Below the pieces are notes generated by a model. The model was not told the DNA's origin and did not search any database. It worked only from the letters and a program-made list of their open reading frames with translations. Made by a program: the position numbers and the translations under genes. 64,000 bases of DNA from Eukaryota sp. GEM-RC1 (taxonomy: Eukaryota), in NCBI GenBank assembly GCA_040285855.1, contig JAUFOQ010000017.1:682001-746000 (forward strand). The letters run 5' to 3'. Positions 61,101 to 64,000 of the stretch are shown one piece after another. Numbering within the stretch: position 1 is the stretch's first letter; each line of letters starts with the position of its first letter.

Positions 61101-61815
61101 GCATAGCTGGGGGTCTGATTACACTATCCGAGACTGACCGAATTTCTGAGTAATGGGTAACATTAGGCTTGTTACTTTTGTCATAGACGAATACTTTGTT
61201 GGCAACCATACGTTCTTGAGCGATGACCACCTTTTCACCACCTTTAATGATAAAGTATCCTCCTTGATCGTACTTACATTCACCAGAGAGAACATAGCCT
61301 TCGTCGGAGGTAGACATTTCATAAGTAGAACAGTACTTGGACCGCAGCATTACAGGAACGTGAGCAATAAGGATCTTGTTGAAGTGTTCAACTGTTTCAG
61401 AGTACTGGGGTTCACCGTCAGTGTATCCGTCAAAGTTGTATTCGTGTTTGGCAACATCAACGTAGAGTCGAGTGGCGTATGTTAGGTTACGGAGACGAGC
61501 TTCTGAAGGAAGAATGACGGTTTCAACACCATCAGCAGAGACAGAGATGGGGTTCTTTTCGAGGTAAGGGTCTCCGAAGCGGAATTCGTAGCGAGGAGGG
61601 GCATGATGTTCCTCTCCTGGACGATGTTGTGCTTGTGGTTCGACTAATATTCTATCTTCCTCTTGAATAACTGCTTTAATGTCGTAGTCCATAAAGTTGT
61701 TGAAAGATTCTATTTGCTGACGGACAAGACCATGTTCTAAGAAAAAGGATCTGATAATAGACCAAGGATCTATTTCAGGAGCTACTGGAAGTTCAGACGA
61801 AGACCAAGAATCCAT
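58200..61815 (-). CDS. RPB2: RNA polymerase II second-largest subunit (one +1 frameshift)
   Basis: [64 protein letters not shown]; invariant NPHAIPSRMTIGQL is restored by deleting one base at 58807-58808. Confidence 0.96.
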
Positions 61816-62500
61816 GAGGTTTGATATCGAAGAGATGAGGATTTTTTAGGACTAAAAACCTCTCTCTCCATTGCAGATTGAATCGCTTTGGCTCGTCACA
61901 ACTTTTTCCCCTTAGGTTTATCAAGGACACGATGATGTATGAACAATAACTTTCATTTCGGTTTCAAGCTTCTTTGACAGCCCTCTTTTGTGTGTATAGT
62001 CTTCTAATTTAAAGTAACACTTACAGTTGACCACCTTTTGAATCCAGTACACTTTTGCTAAAATACTTTTCGTTCTTCACACTAAACCATGTTAACTACT
62101 TCCATGCCTTGGTTCCCTTTTTTCCTGTTCTTAAGTGTATATAGGGTGTTTTCTTTTAAAAAATTGTCCAAATCTCCACGCGCAATTCTCCGAGTTACTT
62201 TGACAAACGAACGAAGAGTACATGATCAGCTTTACTGTTACCTCTCTGTTGACCTCTAAAGCTTTGTGTACGTGCCATTAATTGTTCCGCAGCTCCATGT
62301 ATCTCTAGACTTGTCTACTTATATTCTTGTACATGTATATAAAAATTTGAAGTGATGACGTTTACACTTGCAGACATCCGTAATGTTTTTAGTTACCCCC
62401 CAGCGGATTTCTCTTAATGGTTACTGTACAGTCGTAGAGATCACTAAAACGGACATCACGTTTCGGCTCTCCAAAAAGAAAACGGAAACGTGATTCTACA

Positions 62501-63205
62501 ATGTCTATTTATCGGAGTCTAACTCAACTACACACAGATCATGTCATTGACAATGATCAATTCCAACAAATCCACCGGCAAATTTCGTTATCCGCTCCAC
62601 GACAAGATCCTTCAATTTGTAAATATTGGGATTTGCTATTTAAACCGTCGTCTGAATTGAACCAGTGTCTTTATTCCCTCTTCATTCATCAACAGGAGCT
62701 TACTTTCTTTCAAGTTCTTGGGTATCTACCGAAAGTTCACAGATTGGAACCTTCTCATCAGCAAGTTGTTAAAGGAGTTATTACACGTCATCTGTCGTCA
62801 CCATATTTGACCTTTGCTGAGGTGGCATCTTTAATTGATGTGTTGCCTTATTGCAGAAGGAAACTTATCCATGAATTAATTCAATCTTTTAACGTATCTC
62901 CACTTCAAAGTCATTACTTGTATCATCTTCCTGTAACTCAGATTCAGTTCCAGGTGACTAGCAATGAGGTGGTGATTTTGAACTCACAGCTGTGGTCAAG
63001 AAGAGTCTTCTTCAACGTTTGTCATGTCATTGCCTCACTATTATTTAGATTTGATTCGGGAAAAGCTTTTATCATTGCATTTAATGTCGATTGCATAACG
63101 AAGTATGATTGTGCTAATTCAGTTCTCAAAAACTCTAGATTTAATAGATTACGGGGCAACATTAGTTCTCATCTTCTGAATTTTGGGTCAGAAGAAGTAC
63201 AGTAA
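62501..63205 (+). CDS. Hypothetical protein
   Basis: 234-aa uninterrupted ORF; no recognised family. Confidence 0.5.
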   Translation: MSIYRSLTQLHTDHVIDNDQFQQIHRQISLSAPRQDPSICKYWDLLFKPSSELNQCLYSLFIHQQELTFFQVLGYLPKVHRLEPSHQQVVKGVITRHLSSPYLTFAEVASLIDVLPYCRRKLIHELIQSFNVSPLQSHYLYHLPVTQIQFQVTSNEVVILNSQLWSRRVFFNVCHVIASLLFRFDSGKAFIIAFNVDCITKYDCANSVLKNSRFNRLRGNISSHLLNFGSEEVQ

Positions 63206-64000
63206 TTATTCAACTAGAAGGAGATGTCTTGTTTTGTGTGTTATTACTTCGTTTTTAATAAAACTATTAACTATTGTTTTGATTCAAACTTTGATGGGGT
63301 TCTACACTCTGAATCAGTGATAGTTTTATCTTATAACATATTTGAATTTTTATGATACTCGGAATGACGACTATGAGAAGTCAGGAAAGGATTCACTCTG
63401 CAGAACGGAAGTTGTGGAACTAACAGTATCAATGAAAGGACTCCTTCTGGTCAGAGCAGGAATAATTCTTGTGAACAAATACTAAGTACATCTGTTCAAT
63501 GATCGTCAGTTCCCCCATCTCCAAACTACAAGACCTGTTTATAAGTAGTCCCACTACTTATGTGGAGGATTTTGTTACTCTTGTGAAGACTTCTAGGTCC
63601 CTTGCTCTTCCGTATTCTTCTTCACAAAAACTACATCACAAACTTACCACCGGCCAGTTCTTCATTCATTCTTCCCTCTCTGACTGTTATGTCCCTTCAA
63701 CCTACACCCTCAACTCTGAATCATATCCTCTATCTTTTCAATTCGAAGTACCTGAAGGTGCCATTTGTGACTCATCTGACCTCCAACAACGGTCCCTTTA
63801 CCTTGGTTATCATGTTGTACCTTTCGACAACTCTATCACGTCGTCATCTGTTCTGCTTTCGTTCTCTTCTCCTGACTCTTTCTCTATTGGGTCTGTAATA
63901 AACGCTATAGGAATTGTAGAGGAAAATGTGTTTGTTGAGCATCTTGACAACACTTTTACAGTCATTAATGTTGTTTCTCATCAAGACTTTATTGATGCTC

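Overview
AT-rich, gene-dense, intron-poor eukaryotic (protist-like) nuclear DNA; the organism cannot be identified from sequence alone. Islands of housekeeping genes (queuine tRNA-ribosyltransferase, Qb-SNARE, CK2-beta, RPN9, VMA12-like, RAD23, DIM1, EF-1beta, eIF1A, two WD40 proteins, OCRL/INPP5B, PITP, RPB2, tRNA-Cys) are separated by decayed hAT, pogo/Tigger, MULE and REL-type non-LTR elements and a ~476-bp tandem array. The best find is hidden from the ORF track: a ~138-aa membrane protein (31173-31588) ending GG-UGA-PGR-UAA, followed immediately by a well-formed type II SECIS. This is a probable SelK/SelS-type selenoprotein with a FAM241-like architecture. Also notable are two inverted vWA-Hint (Vint) autoprocessing paralogs that diverge mainly at the predicted cleavage junction, 28-29 nt spliceosomal introns, and 64-74 bp head-to-head spacers. 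Ten single-base frameshifts interrupt conserved genes and are most likely long-read errors; four fall at one TGAAG/CTTCA motif.
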